This document shows positions 1-10,520 of a stretch of DNA of 64,000 nucleotides, in pieces. The DNA is from Heptranchias perlo (lineage: Eukaryota). Within the stretch, counting starts at the first letter, position 1. Every line of letters starts with the position of its first letter. The notes below the pieces were generated by a model. That model did not search any database. It saw nothing but the letters and a program-made list of their open reading frames with translations, and had not been told where the DNA came from. The position numbers and the translations under genes were made by a program. The stretch spans positions 72,106,001 to 72,170,000 of the forward strand of contig NC_090325.1 of assembly GCF_035084215.1 (NCBI RefSeq). Direction: 5' to 3'.

Positions 1-338
1 TATGAATTGATAAAATTATAACATATTTAGAACTTGGAGCTGATCTGTGAATAGAACTACCTTGAATCCCCATATTTACCAATTAGCTCCGCTTTCGTAT
101 CTAAAAATGTGAATATAATTTACAGCATGTCACATCTTTGTAAGAAACGTCAAATAGTAACATTTGGTAAGTATGTTTACAACAGTATCCTGACATACCT
201 GTATTGAACATAATTCACAGATTTTTTATAGTTCCAGTGTTGTTCACACTCACGATTTTGTTAACAATTTATTGATTTTGCACTACTGTGTTACTGTGTG
301 GAGCTGATGGAATAAATAAGAGATCGAGCAAGAACTAT

Positions 339-1002
339 GGAGGTGATTTTAACCCACCCCGCTTGGTGGGAATGGCACAGCCGCACAGTTAAAATTGCCT
401 CCGAAAATGTACAGCTCCGACCTGCTCAAATCCTGCCGCCGCCACCTTAAATGGGCTATTTTAGCTCCCGGGCCTCATTTACATCGTGCTGGCCAGAAAT
501 GAGCAGAAAGAGGCATCTTGTCGGCTCCTGGCTTGGAGAACGCCCGCCAGCACTCAGGTAAGTGATGGGGAGGGGGTTTCAGCACAGCTTCGCGGGTCAG
601 AAGGGGAAGAGCCCGACGCAGCTGAGGCCCAGTTTGTCCTTGTGGGGCCCGGGGGGAGCACTCTGGCCAAGGCGGGAACCTCATTAATTAATGCAGATCA
701 GGGTCCTGAGATGTTATCAGGAACCTGTTGGTATTTTAACTGCCGACTGAGCAGAGTGCCCATCGTGATCACCTCACTTAGTAAAACTATGTGGGGAAGA
801 AGCGAAGGCCCTAAACGGTAAGTTTTAAACTCACCTTTGTGAGGCCAGGAGGAGCAGGAAGGGGGCAACTGGCAAACGGGATGTAAATGAGGCCTGGGTC
901 TCAATTGATGACATCAGGGTGGGGTAGGTTTGATACTCGCTCTACCCACCCCACCCCCTCCCCCCTGTCCACCTGAAACCTACTCCCAGTTAAAATCACC
1001 CC
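339..1002. mobile_element. Non-autonomous GC-rich MITE (Harbinger-type ends)
   Basis: Terminal inverted repeats GGAGGTGATTTTAAC (339) / GTTAAAATCACCCC (989-1002); GC-rich body in AT-rich flanks; no credible ORF. Confidence 0.6.
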
Positions 1003-1798
1003 ATCTGTTCTCTTCTATCCCTGTGGATCAAGGGCGTTAACACAATTGTGCAAAAATCAATGAATTCTTATTAAAATTGTGACTGCTAGTAGCACTGAAT
1101 TTCCATGACTGGAACTTTAATTGCACATTGTGAAACAGCATGTTATTTGATTTGTTATAAGGTTTCATTCCTCTGATGTTCAGAGCAAAAAAAGGGAGAT
1201 AGGAGTAATAGACTCTGGTTCAGAGCGGCAGCCAGAATATGCATGGAAATGGACACAGCAGGAATTCAGGTTACATAGATGTGGCAAAGGTTCAGAGAAA
1301 CATATCCTGGCTGTAAACGGAGGGCGGGAAGGAGAGATATGAAAGAGTCTAAAGTTAAAGTCTGAGGGGGGACTTTTAACCCCCAGGTTGGGCGGAAGAG
1401 GGGCAGGGGGTGGGGGGTTAAAAATAAAAAAATAGGAAACCTTACCCCAACCCGCCTCCAACGGTTTTAATGGAGGCGGATTGGGGGGGGTGAGTGACTA
1501 ACCTGCTCTCCAGAGGCGGGTCCCTAATTTAAATATTTTAATGAGGCTGCGTGCCTCAGATTTTAGCTGTGTTCAAACTTAATGGCTACGGGCTAAGTTT
1601 CCCAGCCTCGGGAAACCCGGCAGCTGGAGGGGGGCGAGAATGGCCGGATCCAACAGGTAAGAGCCTTTCCAGCAATGGGCCAAGAGGAGCAGGACTGCAT
1701 CCCACCGGCTCCCCAAGCTAACCTGTTTCCCACTCCACACGATGGGTCCCCCGCGATCAGACCCCCTTGATCTATCCAGCCCCTCTGATCTATCCAGA

Positions 1799-2070
1799 CC
1801 CCTGACCGATCTCTCCATGGCCCACCCATCCCCCATCTCTCCAGCCCCCTGACCGATCTCTCCACGGCCCACCCATCCCCCATCTCTCCGGCCCCCGACC
1901 GATCTCTCCATGGCCCACCCATCCCCCATCTCTCCAGCCCCCTAACCGATCTCTCCATGGCCCACCCAACCCCCATCTCTCCAGCCCCCTGACCGATCTC
2001 TCCATGGCCCACCCATCCCCCATCTCTCCGGCCCCCTTCTGATCTCTCTGGCCCGACCGATGTCTCCATG
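1799..2070. repeat. 47-bp minisatellite, about 5.5 copies
   Basis: (G/A)ACCGATCTC recurs at 1804, 1851, 1897, 1944, 1991; the unit is not a multiple of 3, which explains the cycling repetitive minus-strand ORFs. Confidence 0.9.
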
Positions 2071-2159
2071 GCCATCCCCCCAATCTCTCTAGCCCCACCC
2101 TCCCCATCTATCTGGCCACCCCTAATCTATCCACGCCCCCTAACACCCCCTCCCGACGT

Positions 2160-2245
2160 CCCCTCCCTTCCCACAATCTCTCCTTCCCTCCCCACAATTT
2201 CTCCCTCCCTCCCCACAATTTCTCCCTCCCGCCCCACAATCTCTC
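2160..2245. repeat. 21-bp tandem repeat, about 4 copies
   Basis: CCCCACAATTTCTCCCTCCCT units (PSLPTIS repeat in the ORF track). Confidence 0.85.
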
Positions 2246-2609
2246 CGCTCCCTGTTTGCAGCCTGGGGCCACAGAGCCTTCTCACCCGACAGACAGCCAG
2301 CCTCTCAATCTGGCTGGCTGCAACTGGGAAACGAAATCCAAAAATTTAAATTGGGTCCTGCCATTTAATTCAGCAGGACCTCTGGGCAACCAGTATTTCC
2401 AGGTTTCCTGGCCGCTACACCTCCCCCTCTCCCCGTAAATATAGGGGCCTGAGTGGCTCTGTGGCAGGATGGTTGAATTGTAGAGAGCTTGGAACCTCCA
2501 CGAACCAGTGCCCCGGTTCGGAGACAGTTCGGGAGACGGAATGGATCCATGAGCGGTTTGAGGGGCAGAGTAGCAGCGGGTGGTGGCTGTCCAGTGGAAT
2601 CAGAGAGAA

Positions 2610-2713
2610 GGAAGAACTTACATTCATATAGCACCTTTCACGTTCTCAGGATGTCCCAAAGCACTTCACAGCAATTGAATTATTTTTGAAGCATAGTCAC
2701 TGTTGTAATGTAA
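2610..2713 (-). mobile_element. Deu-SINE/L2-type 3' tail fragment
   Basis: Matches the tail of the SINE copies at 19970, 49259 and 53800 (TATAGCACCTTTCAC...GTCCCAAAGCACTT...GTCACTGTTGTAATGTA). Confidence 0.75.
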
Positions 2714-3096
2714 ACAGAGGAGTGGACAACTGACCATGAGCCACCAGATGTTGATCCTGGAGTCTATTGGAGGAGCGTGGTGGCCTCAGGGGTTAGCAGA
2801 TCCCTGAGCAGAGGAGCGAGAAGCAGTGGGAGTGAAACCCAAGGGCACAGAGCAGTGAAGAGTGGGGAACCAGAGGAAGGTGAAGAGCAACTCCAGGGGA
2901 TCAGTGTAGATGGGGGAGTTGGTCTGAGGAACAGCTGGAAGGTGAGGAGCACACAAGATCGAGAGCCGCAATAGGAGGTTGAGGAACTGTCCAACTCAGA
3001 CCAGCGAATGGTGATGGATGAGTTCTGAAAGATGAGTGGAGCAGAGCAGAGTCAGTGAGCACAGGAAGCAATCAGACAGCATCAAAGCAGAGACTT

Positions 3097-3157
3097 CTAT
3101 TTTAACAGAGGCATTAACCTACTTATTAAAAATCAGTTAATGCCTCTGTTCAAATAG
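3097..3157. repeat. Short inverted repeat (22-bp arms, 17-nt loop)
   Basis: CTATTTTAACAGAGGCATTAAC / GTTAATGCCTCTGTTCAAATAG, 21 of 22 paired. Confidence 0.85.
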
Positions 3158-3787
3158 CAGAGAGAAGAGTTTCAGGCAAGTGTTTGTACATTAGTATCCC
3201 ATTAGTATAGCATAATTCATGGGCCATGAATTAATGTGCATAGAATTAGGCTTTTATGAAGAAAGTGTGGGTATTTACAATGAGAAGAGCTCAGCCAGCT
3301 GGTTTGGCAAGAAGGTAGACTTCCAGATTTTCCCATTTTCTAAACATACTGATTAAAATACTCTGCACTCACTTTTGTTAATATGTTGGAATCTAAGAGT
3401 TTTGGGAGGCTTAACATTGTTTAACATTAGTGTTTTTATTACAGGTTATTAGACATGCTTCATTACAAAACTCAAAAAAACGGTGCTTAAGAAAGTACCG
3501 AAACTATCTTAAAGGGTACACACCGAGTAGGAGGAAATACTGAACAAGCATTTAACAAAAAATTAACTGTTGGGCAGAAACACAGGCATGTGAAATTCAA
3601 ATTTAATCATTTAGTTTCAAAACATTAGATATTTTAAATGTTGTGTGCACATTATTTTACATTTCAAATTGTATCTTAATCTGCAACATAATACATTAAG
3701 AAAATGTACAACAAACTTTAAAGAATAAAATTACAAAAATTAAATCGGTTCTTCAACACCTGACTGGAAAAGTATCATAGGGTTAAC

Positions 3788-3849
3788 TGATGGGTATTAT
3801 TAATTGGTGGGTATTATTAATTGGTGGGTATTATTAATTGGTGGGTATT
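3788..3849. repeat. 17-bp tandem repeat, about 3.6 copies
   Basis: TGGTGGGTATTATTAAT units. Confidence 0.9.
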
Positions 3850-3999
3850 TTTCTCAATGCAATTCTCCACTTAATTAAAAATATATTTTTATAGTGCAGA
3901 GTTCTATAATAACAATATCCTATTCACTACATTTTAAAATTATTTGAAATTTTAAGTTATACTAAAACTTTGCTAACATTTGTGTTTGCGAAAGACATT

Positions 4000-4755
4000 G
4001 AGCTAGATTTTGCTGTGAGTGGCGATCGAACAGTGTCAGCCGTTCATTAGTCTTGCACTTGCCCATAGACTTCCTATGGGATTTTGCACAGCAAGTTACT
4101 GTCAGCGGGACAGCCAAATGGTGCGGTGCCCTCTACAGGGCATCTGGGACCTGTGTGAACAGGGCAAGCAACTTGACCAATCAGATTGAAGAATTGTGAA
4201 TGAGCAGCGCAGAGTCTGAACCAGGAAGTGTCGATTAGAATAGTGAATTCAATGTCAAATCAGGTACAGAAAGTGAAATAAAGAGAGGGAAAGAAAGATT
4301 GGATTAAGAGAGAGAGATAAAAGAGACAGAGAAAAAAATTAAGAAAAAAATTATTTAATTAAATTTTTAAAAAAATGTCTAACAATAATTGAAATCTGAA
4401 GGAATGAGACTCCACACGTGTAAAAGTTAATTTTCAGTGGCAGTGAGGTTGTTTGGCAATAACTAAGACTTACCACGCCATTAAAAGGGTATGTACACTG
4501 ACATGGACAAGCTTAGTCTGTATCTATGATGTCAGTGCAGGAACTTCACGCTGTTCAATTCACGTGAATGCTGACTCATCCAGCGAGATGCCGTTTTCGG
4601 GCAGTATACAGAAGAGCAGGGTATCTTGGGCAACAACGTCTCGATTTCCGCGTATAACTGCGCATGTGCGGTTGCCGGAAGTTACTGTTTGATTTGTGCA
4701 TAAATAACGGTGAGTGCTGTTAGCCTACCGTTCGTTTTACAGCAAAATCCGGCCC
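4000..4755. mobile_element. MITE with terminal inverted repeats
   Basis: GAGCTAGATTTTGCTGT / ACAGCAAAATCCGGCCC; internal CCAAT, CCGGAAGT and TGCGCATGTGCG motifs. Confidence 0.65.
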
Positions 4756-4830
4756 TTTATTTATTGTTGAAGGTCATGCAGGAATTAGTCACAAGGACAG
4801 TTGTCAGATGTTGAACGATGTCTGGATTAT

Positions 4831-4920
4831 GGGTACAGTAGTATTGTGGTTATGTTACTGGACTAGTAATCCAGAGGCCATGAAACAATAATCCAGAGTC
4901 ATGAGTTCAAATCCCACCAC
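4831..4920 (+). promoter_or_regulatory. tRNA-derived internal Pol III promoter (A/B boxes) at the LINE 5' end
   Basis: A-box-like TAGTATTGTGG (4839-4849), B-box-like GAGTTCAAATCC (4903-4914), followed by CACCA. Confidence 0.6.
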
Positions 4921-6477
4921 AAATGGGGAATTTAAATTCAATTAATTAAATAAAATCTGGAATTAAAAAAAACAGTATCAGTAATGTTGGCCATGAAACT
5001 ACCGGATTGTCGTAAAAACCCATCTGGTTCACTAATGTCCTTTAGGGAAGAAAACCTGCCATCCTTACCCGCTCTGGCCTATATGTGACTCCAAACCCAA
5101 ATCAACACATCACAGTGGTTGATTCTTAATTGCCCTCTGAAATGGCCCAGCAAGCCACTCAGTTGTACAATCTCGCTACAAAAAGTCATAATAAGAATAA
5201 AACCGGACAGACCACTAGGCACCGGACACGACAAAAGCAAACCAAGCCCAGTCGACCCTGCAAGGTCCTCCTCACTAACACCCGGGGACTTGTGCCAAAA
5301 TTGGGAGAGCTGTCCCACAGACTAGTCAAGCAACAGCCTGACATAGCCATACTCACAGAATCATACCTTTCAGCCAACGTCCCAGACTCTTTCATCACCA
5401 TCCCTGGATATGTCCTGTCCCACCGGCAGGACAGACCCACCAGAGGTGGCGGTACAGTGATATACAGTCAGGAGGGAGTGGCCTGAGGAGTCCTCAACAT
5501 TGACTCCAGACTCCATGAAATCTCATGGTATCAGGTCAAACATGGGCAAGGAAATCTCCTGCTGATTACAACCTACCGTCCTCCCTCAGCTGATGAATCA
5601 GTCCTCCTCCATGTTGAGCACTTGGAGGAAGCACTGGGAGTAGCAAGGGCACAGAATGTACTCTGGGTGGGGGACTTCAATGTCCATCCCCAAGAGTGGC
5701 TCGGTAGCACCACTACTGACCGAGCTTGCCGAGTTCTGAAGGACATAGCTGCCAGACTGGGCCTGTGGCAGGTGGTGAGCGAAGCAACACGAAGGAAAAA
5801 CCTACTTGACCTCGTCCTCGCCAATCTACCTGTCGCAGGTACATCTGTCCATGACAGTATTGGTAGGAGTGACCACTGTACAGTCCTTGTGGAGATGAAG
5901 TCCCATCTTCACACTGAGGACACCATCCAATGTGTTGTGTGGCACTACCACAGTGCTAAATGGGATAGATTCAGAACAGATCTGGCAGCTCAAAACTGAA
6001 TGTCCATGAGGCGCTGTGGGCCATCAGCAGCAGCAGAATTGTATTCCAGCACAATCTATAACCTGATGGCCCGGCATATTCCTCACTCTACCATTACCAA
6101 CAAGCCAGGAGATTAACCCTGGTTCAATGAGGCGCGAAGATGAGCATGCCAGGAGCAGCACCAGGCGTACATAAAAATGAGGTGCCAACCTGGTGAAGCT
6201 ACAACATAGGACTACATGCATGCTAAACAGCGGAAGCAACATGCTAGAGACAGAGCTAAGTGATTCCACAACCAACGGATCAGATCAAAGCTCTGCAGTC
6301 CTGCCACGTCCAGTCGTGAATGGTGGGGGACAATTAAACAACCAACGGGAGGAGGGGGCTCTGTAAACATCCCCAACCTCAATAAAGATGATGTGGAGAT
6401 GCCGGTGATGGACTGGGGTGGACAAATGTAAGGAATCTTACAACACCATGTTATAGTCCAACAATTTTATTTTAAAG

Positions 6478-6514
6478 TCACAAGCTTTCGGAGATTATCT
6501 CCTTCGTCAGGTGA
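6478..6514 (-). ncRNA. Minimal type I hammerhead ribozyme motif (mirror copy)
   Basis: Exact reverse complement of 6531-6567. Confidence 0.8.
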
Positions 6515-6530
6515 GTAGTGAACTCACTAT

Positions 6531-6567
6531 TCACCTGACGAAGGAGATAATCTCCGAAAGCTTGTGA
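6531..6567 (+). ncRNA. Minimal type I hammerhead ribozyme motif
   Basis: TCAC-CTGACGA-A-GGAGA(TAA)TCTCC-GAA-AGCT-T-GTGA: stem I, CUGAnGA core, stem II, GAAA core, palindromic minimal stem III, UH site. Confidence 0.8.
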
Positions 6568-9179
6568 TTTTAAAATAAAATTGTTGGACTATAACCTGGT
6601 GTTGTAAGATTCCTTACATTAATCCTCAATAAAGGCAGAGTTCAGCACGTGAGTACAAAAGACAGGGCTGAAGCGTTTGCAACCATCTTCAGCCAGAAGT
6701 GCCGAGTGGATGATCCATTTCAGCTTCCTCCCGATATCCCCACCATCACAGAAGCCAGTCTTCAGCCAATTCGATTCACTCCACGTGATATCAAGAAACG
6801 GCTGAGTGCACTGGATACAATAAAGGCTATGGGTCCTGACAAAATCCCAGCTGTAGTGCTGAAGACTTGTGCTCCAGAACTAGTTGCGCCTCTAGCCAAA
6901 CAGTTCCAGTACAGCTACAACACTGGCATCTACCCGACAATGTGGAAAATTGTCCAGGTATGTCCTGTCCACAAAAAGCAGGACAAATCCAATCCTGCCA
7001 ATTACCGCTCCATCAGTCTACTCTCAATCATCAGCAAAGTGATGGAAGGTGTCGTCGACAGTGTTATCAAGCGACACTTACTCACGAGTAAGCTGCTCAC
7101 CGGTGCTCAGTTTGGGTTCCGCCAGGACTACTCGGCTCCAGACCTCATTACAGCCTTGGTCCAAACATGGACAAAAGAGCTGAATTCCAGAGGTGAGGTG
7201 AGAGTGACTGCCCTTGACATCAAGGCAGCATTTGACCAAGTGTGGCACCATGGAGCCCTTGTAAAATTGAAGTCAATGGGTATCAGGGGGAAAACTGTCC
7301 AGTGGCTGGAGTCATAAGTAGCACAAAGAAATATGGTAGTGGTTGTTGGAGGCCAATCATCTCCGTCCCAGGACATTGCTGCAGGTGTTCCTCAGGGCAG
7401 TATCTTAAACCCAACCATCTTCAGCTGCTTCATCAATGACCTTCCCTCCATCATAAGGTCAGAAATGGGGATGTTCGCTGATGATTGCACAGTGTTCAGT
7501 TCCATTCGCAACCCCTCAAATAATAAAGCAGTCCGTGCCCGCATGCAGCAAGACCTGGACAACATCCAGGCTTGGGCTGATAAGTGGCAAGTAACATTCG
7601 CACCAGACAAATGCCAGGCAATGACCATCTCCAACAAGAGAGAGTCTAACCACCTCCCCTTGACATTCAGCGGCATTACCATTGCCCAATCCCCCACCAT
7701 CAACATCCTGGGGGTCACCATTGACCAGAAACTTAACTGGACCAGCCACATAAATACTGTGGCTACAAGAGCAGGTCAGAGGCTGGGTATTCTGTGGCGA
7801 ATGACTCACCTCCTGACTCCCCAAAGCCTTTCCACCATCTACAAAGCACAAGTCAGGAGTGTGATGGAATACTCTCCACTTGCCTGGATGAGTGCAGCTC
7901 CAACAACACTCAAGAAACTCGGCAATCCAAGACAAGGCAGCCTGCTTGATTGGCACCCCATCCATCACCCTAAACATTCACTCCCTTCACCACCGGCGTA
8001 CTGTGGCTGCAGTGTGTACCATCCACAGGATGCACTGCAGCAACTCGCCAAGGTTTCTTCGACAGCACCTCCCAAACCCACGACCTCTACCACCTAGAAG
8101 GGCAAGGGCAGGAGGCACATGGGAACAATACCACCTGCATGTTCCCCTCCAAGTCACTCACCACCCCGACTTGGAAATATATCGCCGTTCCTTCATCATC
8201 ACTGGGTCAAAATCCTGGAACTCCCTTCCTAACAGCACTGTGGGAGAACCTTCACCGCACGGACTGCAGTGGTTCAAGAAGGCGGCTCACCACCACCTTC
8301 TCAAGGGCAATTAGGGATGGGCAATAAATGCTGGCCTTGCCAGCGACGCCCACATCCCATGAACAAATTTTAAAAAAGGATTCACATTGCAGCAAAATCA
8401 ACGCAGGTTCAGAAGATTATAATTTTTCAGTTGATAATGCAACCATTGAACAAAAAGGTGCGCTAACAGTAAATGCATATACAATATGAAATTATTTTTA
8501 ACTTGTTTTGCCAATGTTCTTGTGTACATTATAGATTGAATTATTAGACTGCACCAAACAGTATATTACAAAAAGCAGCATTGTAACTACCCTTCCAACT
8601 GTCTCTTGACTTTGCAAACCGTGAGAATCACAAATCCAAAATTGTTAAAATCAGAACATAAGAAAGCATGGAATGAAGAGAAGATCATGTCACTCATCAA
8701 ACCCATTCTTCCAACATGTCTTCTCTTCTATTTTGGGCTTTACTGCATCCATTTAATCTCCCGAGGAAAACTTCGATAAGTTTCTGTCTTCCTCCCATAA
8801 CCTCACAAAAGGTAAATCACGTGAAAGTCTAGAATATCTATCTTTCCATCCTTCCTTGGCAAAACATTTCCAGGATCCCAATCACTCAGGAATTACTATG
8901 TTTCACACAGCAGTAACTGGAAATTCTACCCATGCTGAAGAGATGATGTAACTGGGTAGAGGGGAAGGGTCTTCAGTCTCTAGAACATCTCTCACACCCA
9001 GGCCAGAATTTAGAAGCACAACAACCATGGGAAACTGAGAGAACAAATTAATTTACATGCTTTGGATTACAAACATTTTAATGGGCTACCAAATTTGATA
9101 TACAGGTAGGCCAACTGACTACCAATGAAAACACCTTGGGTTAATTTTGACTTTAGGTGATAGTATAAAACTGGCTGAC

Positions 9180-9543
9180 ACTACAGTGCAGTAGTGAGGG
9201 AGTGCTGTACTGATGGAGGTGCCATCGTTCGGATGAGACGTCAAACCAAGGCCCCTTCTGCCCTCTCAGGTGAACGTAAAAGATCCCATGACACTATTGG
9301 AAGAAGAGCAGGTGAGCTCTCCCCAGTGTTCTGGCTAATATTTATCCCTCAACCAACATCATTGAAACAGATTATCTGGTCATTATCTCATTGCCGTTTG
9401 TGGGACCTTGCTGTGTGCAAATTGGGTGCCACATTTTTCTACATTACAACAGTGACTTTGCTTCAAAAGTATTTCCCTGGAGCACTTTGGGAGGTTCTGA
9501 GGTCATGAAAGGCACTATATAAATACAAGTATTTCTGTCTTTA
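9180..9543 (+). mobile_element. Deu-domain SINE (SacSINE1/AmnSINE1-like), 5' truncated
   Basis: GATGAGACGTCAAACC...AAAGATCCCATG...CTGGCTAATATTTATCCCTCAACC body and L2-type tail; multiple copies in the window. Confidence 0.8.
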
Positions 9544-9553
9544 CTAAAATATT

Positions 9554-10200
9554 GGCCCAATATTTACAGGGAGTCAGGGAGGGTGTGGGTCAGGCTGAAA
9601 ATGGCTAAAGACCCCGACAAGGTCGGGGGCACGGAGGTCTTGCCGATCTTAACAGCAGGACCTCATTAACATCTTGTAGCTCCACCTCCCACCTGGCAGC
9701 TGGCCAAATGGACAGCCTGGCTGACAGGCAGGAAGGAACGCCAGCAGCAGGAGGCTGCAGCTGGGGACCCTTGAGGGTGGTCGCTGGCAATTGGGAGGTG
9801 GGGGAGGTCAACAATCAGGAGGGGGGGAAGATCAGCAATTGGGAGGGGGGGAGGTCGGCAATTGGGAGGGGTGTTGGCATTTGGTAGTTGAGAGCGGCCT
9901 GCGATTGGGAGAGCCGGGGGAGGCTGGAGATTGGGACTGGGGTGGGAGGCTGATGATCGGGCTTTGGGGAGGCCGAAGGCATCCTTGAGGGGCCTAGGGG
10001 GAGCAGTCCTGCTCCTCCTGGCCAACTTGGAGTGCTGAAACAGCCATCTATCTTGGGGATTGGCAGCTCCAGCCCCTATTTCACTGCCAAGTTTCCCAAT
10101 TCCCGGGACCGAGCAGCAGCAGGTAATTTCAAATATGTTAATATGCGTCTTGCCTCTCCACGGCAGGACACTCAGACGCCCCGACATCCACCGCAATAGG
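9554..10200. mobile_element. MITE related to 1365-2449, inverted
   Basis: GGCCCAATATTTACAGGG is the reverse complement of the 2431-2449 end; palindromic core at 9991-10023. Confidence 0.55.
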
Positions 10201-10520
10201 TACATGTCTATATGTGTTTATGTAAACATAATGTTAATAAAATGTAACTCAAGGTGATCTTAGGCAAGACCAAGAAGAAAGTTAAGGGAAATGGTGAAAA
10301 TTGACCCAGAGTGGTTTCATTCAGGTTCAAAAGGAGGGAGATGTAAGAATATAGTTTAAAACTAGCATGGTCAAGTATCCCATCTTGCATAGTGTTCAGG
10401 TATTTAGCAAGATGGTGTGCTAGTTGGGGCGCTCATCTCTAGCCATGAGACACAGATAAGAGCCTACACAATCCTGAGAACAATAATAGCATGTAAACAG
10501 AGATGAAGGTTGAGGTCATC

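Larger units (their letters stand above)
1365..2449. mobile_element. Non-autonomous GC-rich MITE with internal minisatellites
   Basis: Starts GGGGGGACTTTTAAC, ends CCGTAAATATAGGGGCC; this end recurs inverted at 9554; carries the shared palindromic core at 1676-1715. Confidence 0.55.
6388..6621. mobile_element. Non-autonomous Penelope-derived fold-back element
   Basis: 97-bp inverted arms 6425-6521 / 6524-6620 (3 mismatches); 5' part matches the PLE end at 60352-60476; flanked by a 13-bp near-duplication A(A/T)CCTCAATAAAG. Confidence 0.85.
5260..8314 (+). pseudogene. Disrupted endonuclease/reverse transcriptase ORF of the LINE
   Basis: ORF pieces 5130-5486, 5622-5999, 6649-7317, 7333-8097, 7892-8314, separated by stops, a frameshift and the 6388-6621 insertion. 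Confidence 0.9.
4831..8378 (+). mobile_element. Near full-length single-ORF non-LTR retrotransposon (APE-RT, CR1/L2/Jockey group) with tRNA-like 5' head
   Basis: APE motifs (PDIAILTESYL, GGG, GDFN, SDH) and RT motifs (NYRSISL, QFGFR, GVPQGS, FADD); A-rich 3' end; other copies at 10553, 26549, 57238. Confidence 0.9.

Noticed and set aside
1579-2349. Repetitive Gly/Trp/Arg-rich and Pro-rich ORFs
   Set aside because: Translations of the 47-bp and 21-bp minisatellites
4831-4920. Functional tRNA gene (also 15413 and 49620)
   Set aside because: No full cloverleaf; continuous with retroelement bodies
7392-7977. Recurrent antisense ORFs in LINE copies (also 26997-27537, 59000-59525)
   Set aside because: Shadow frames recurring only because the copies are near-identical
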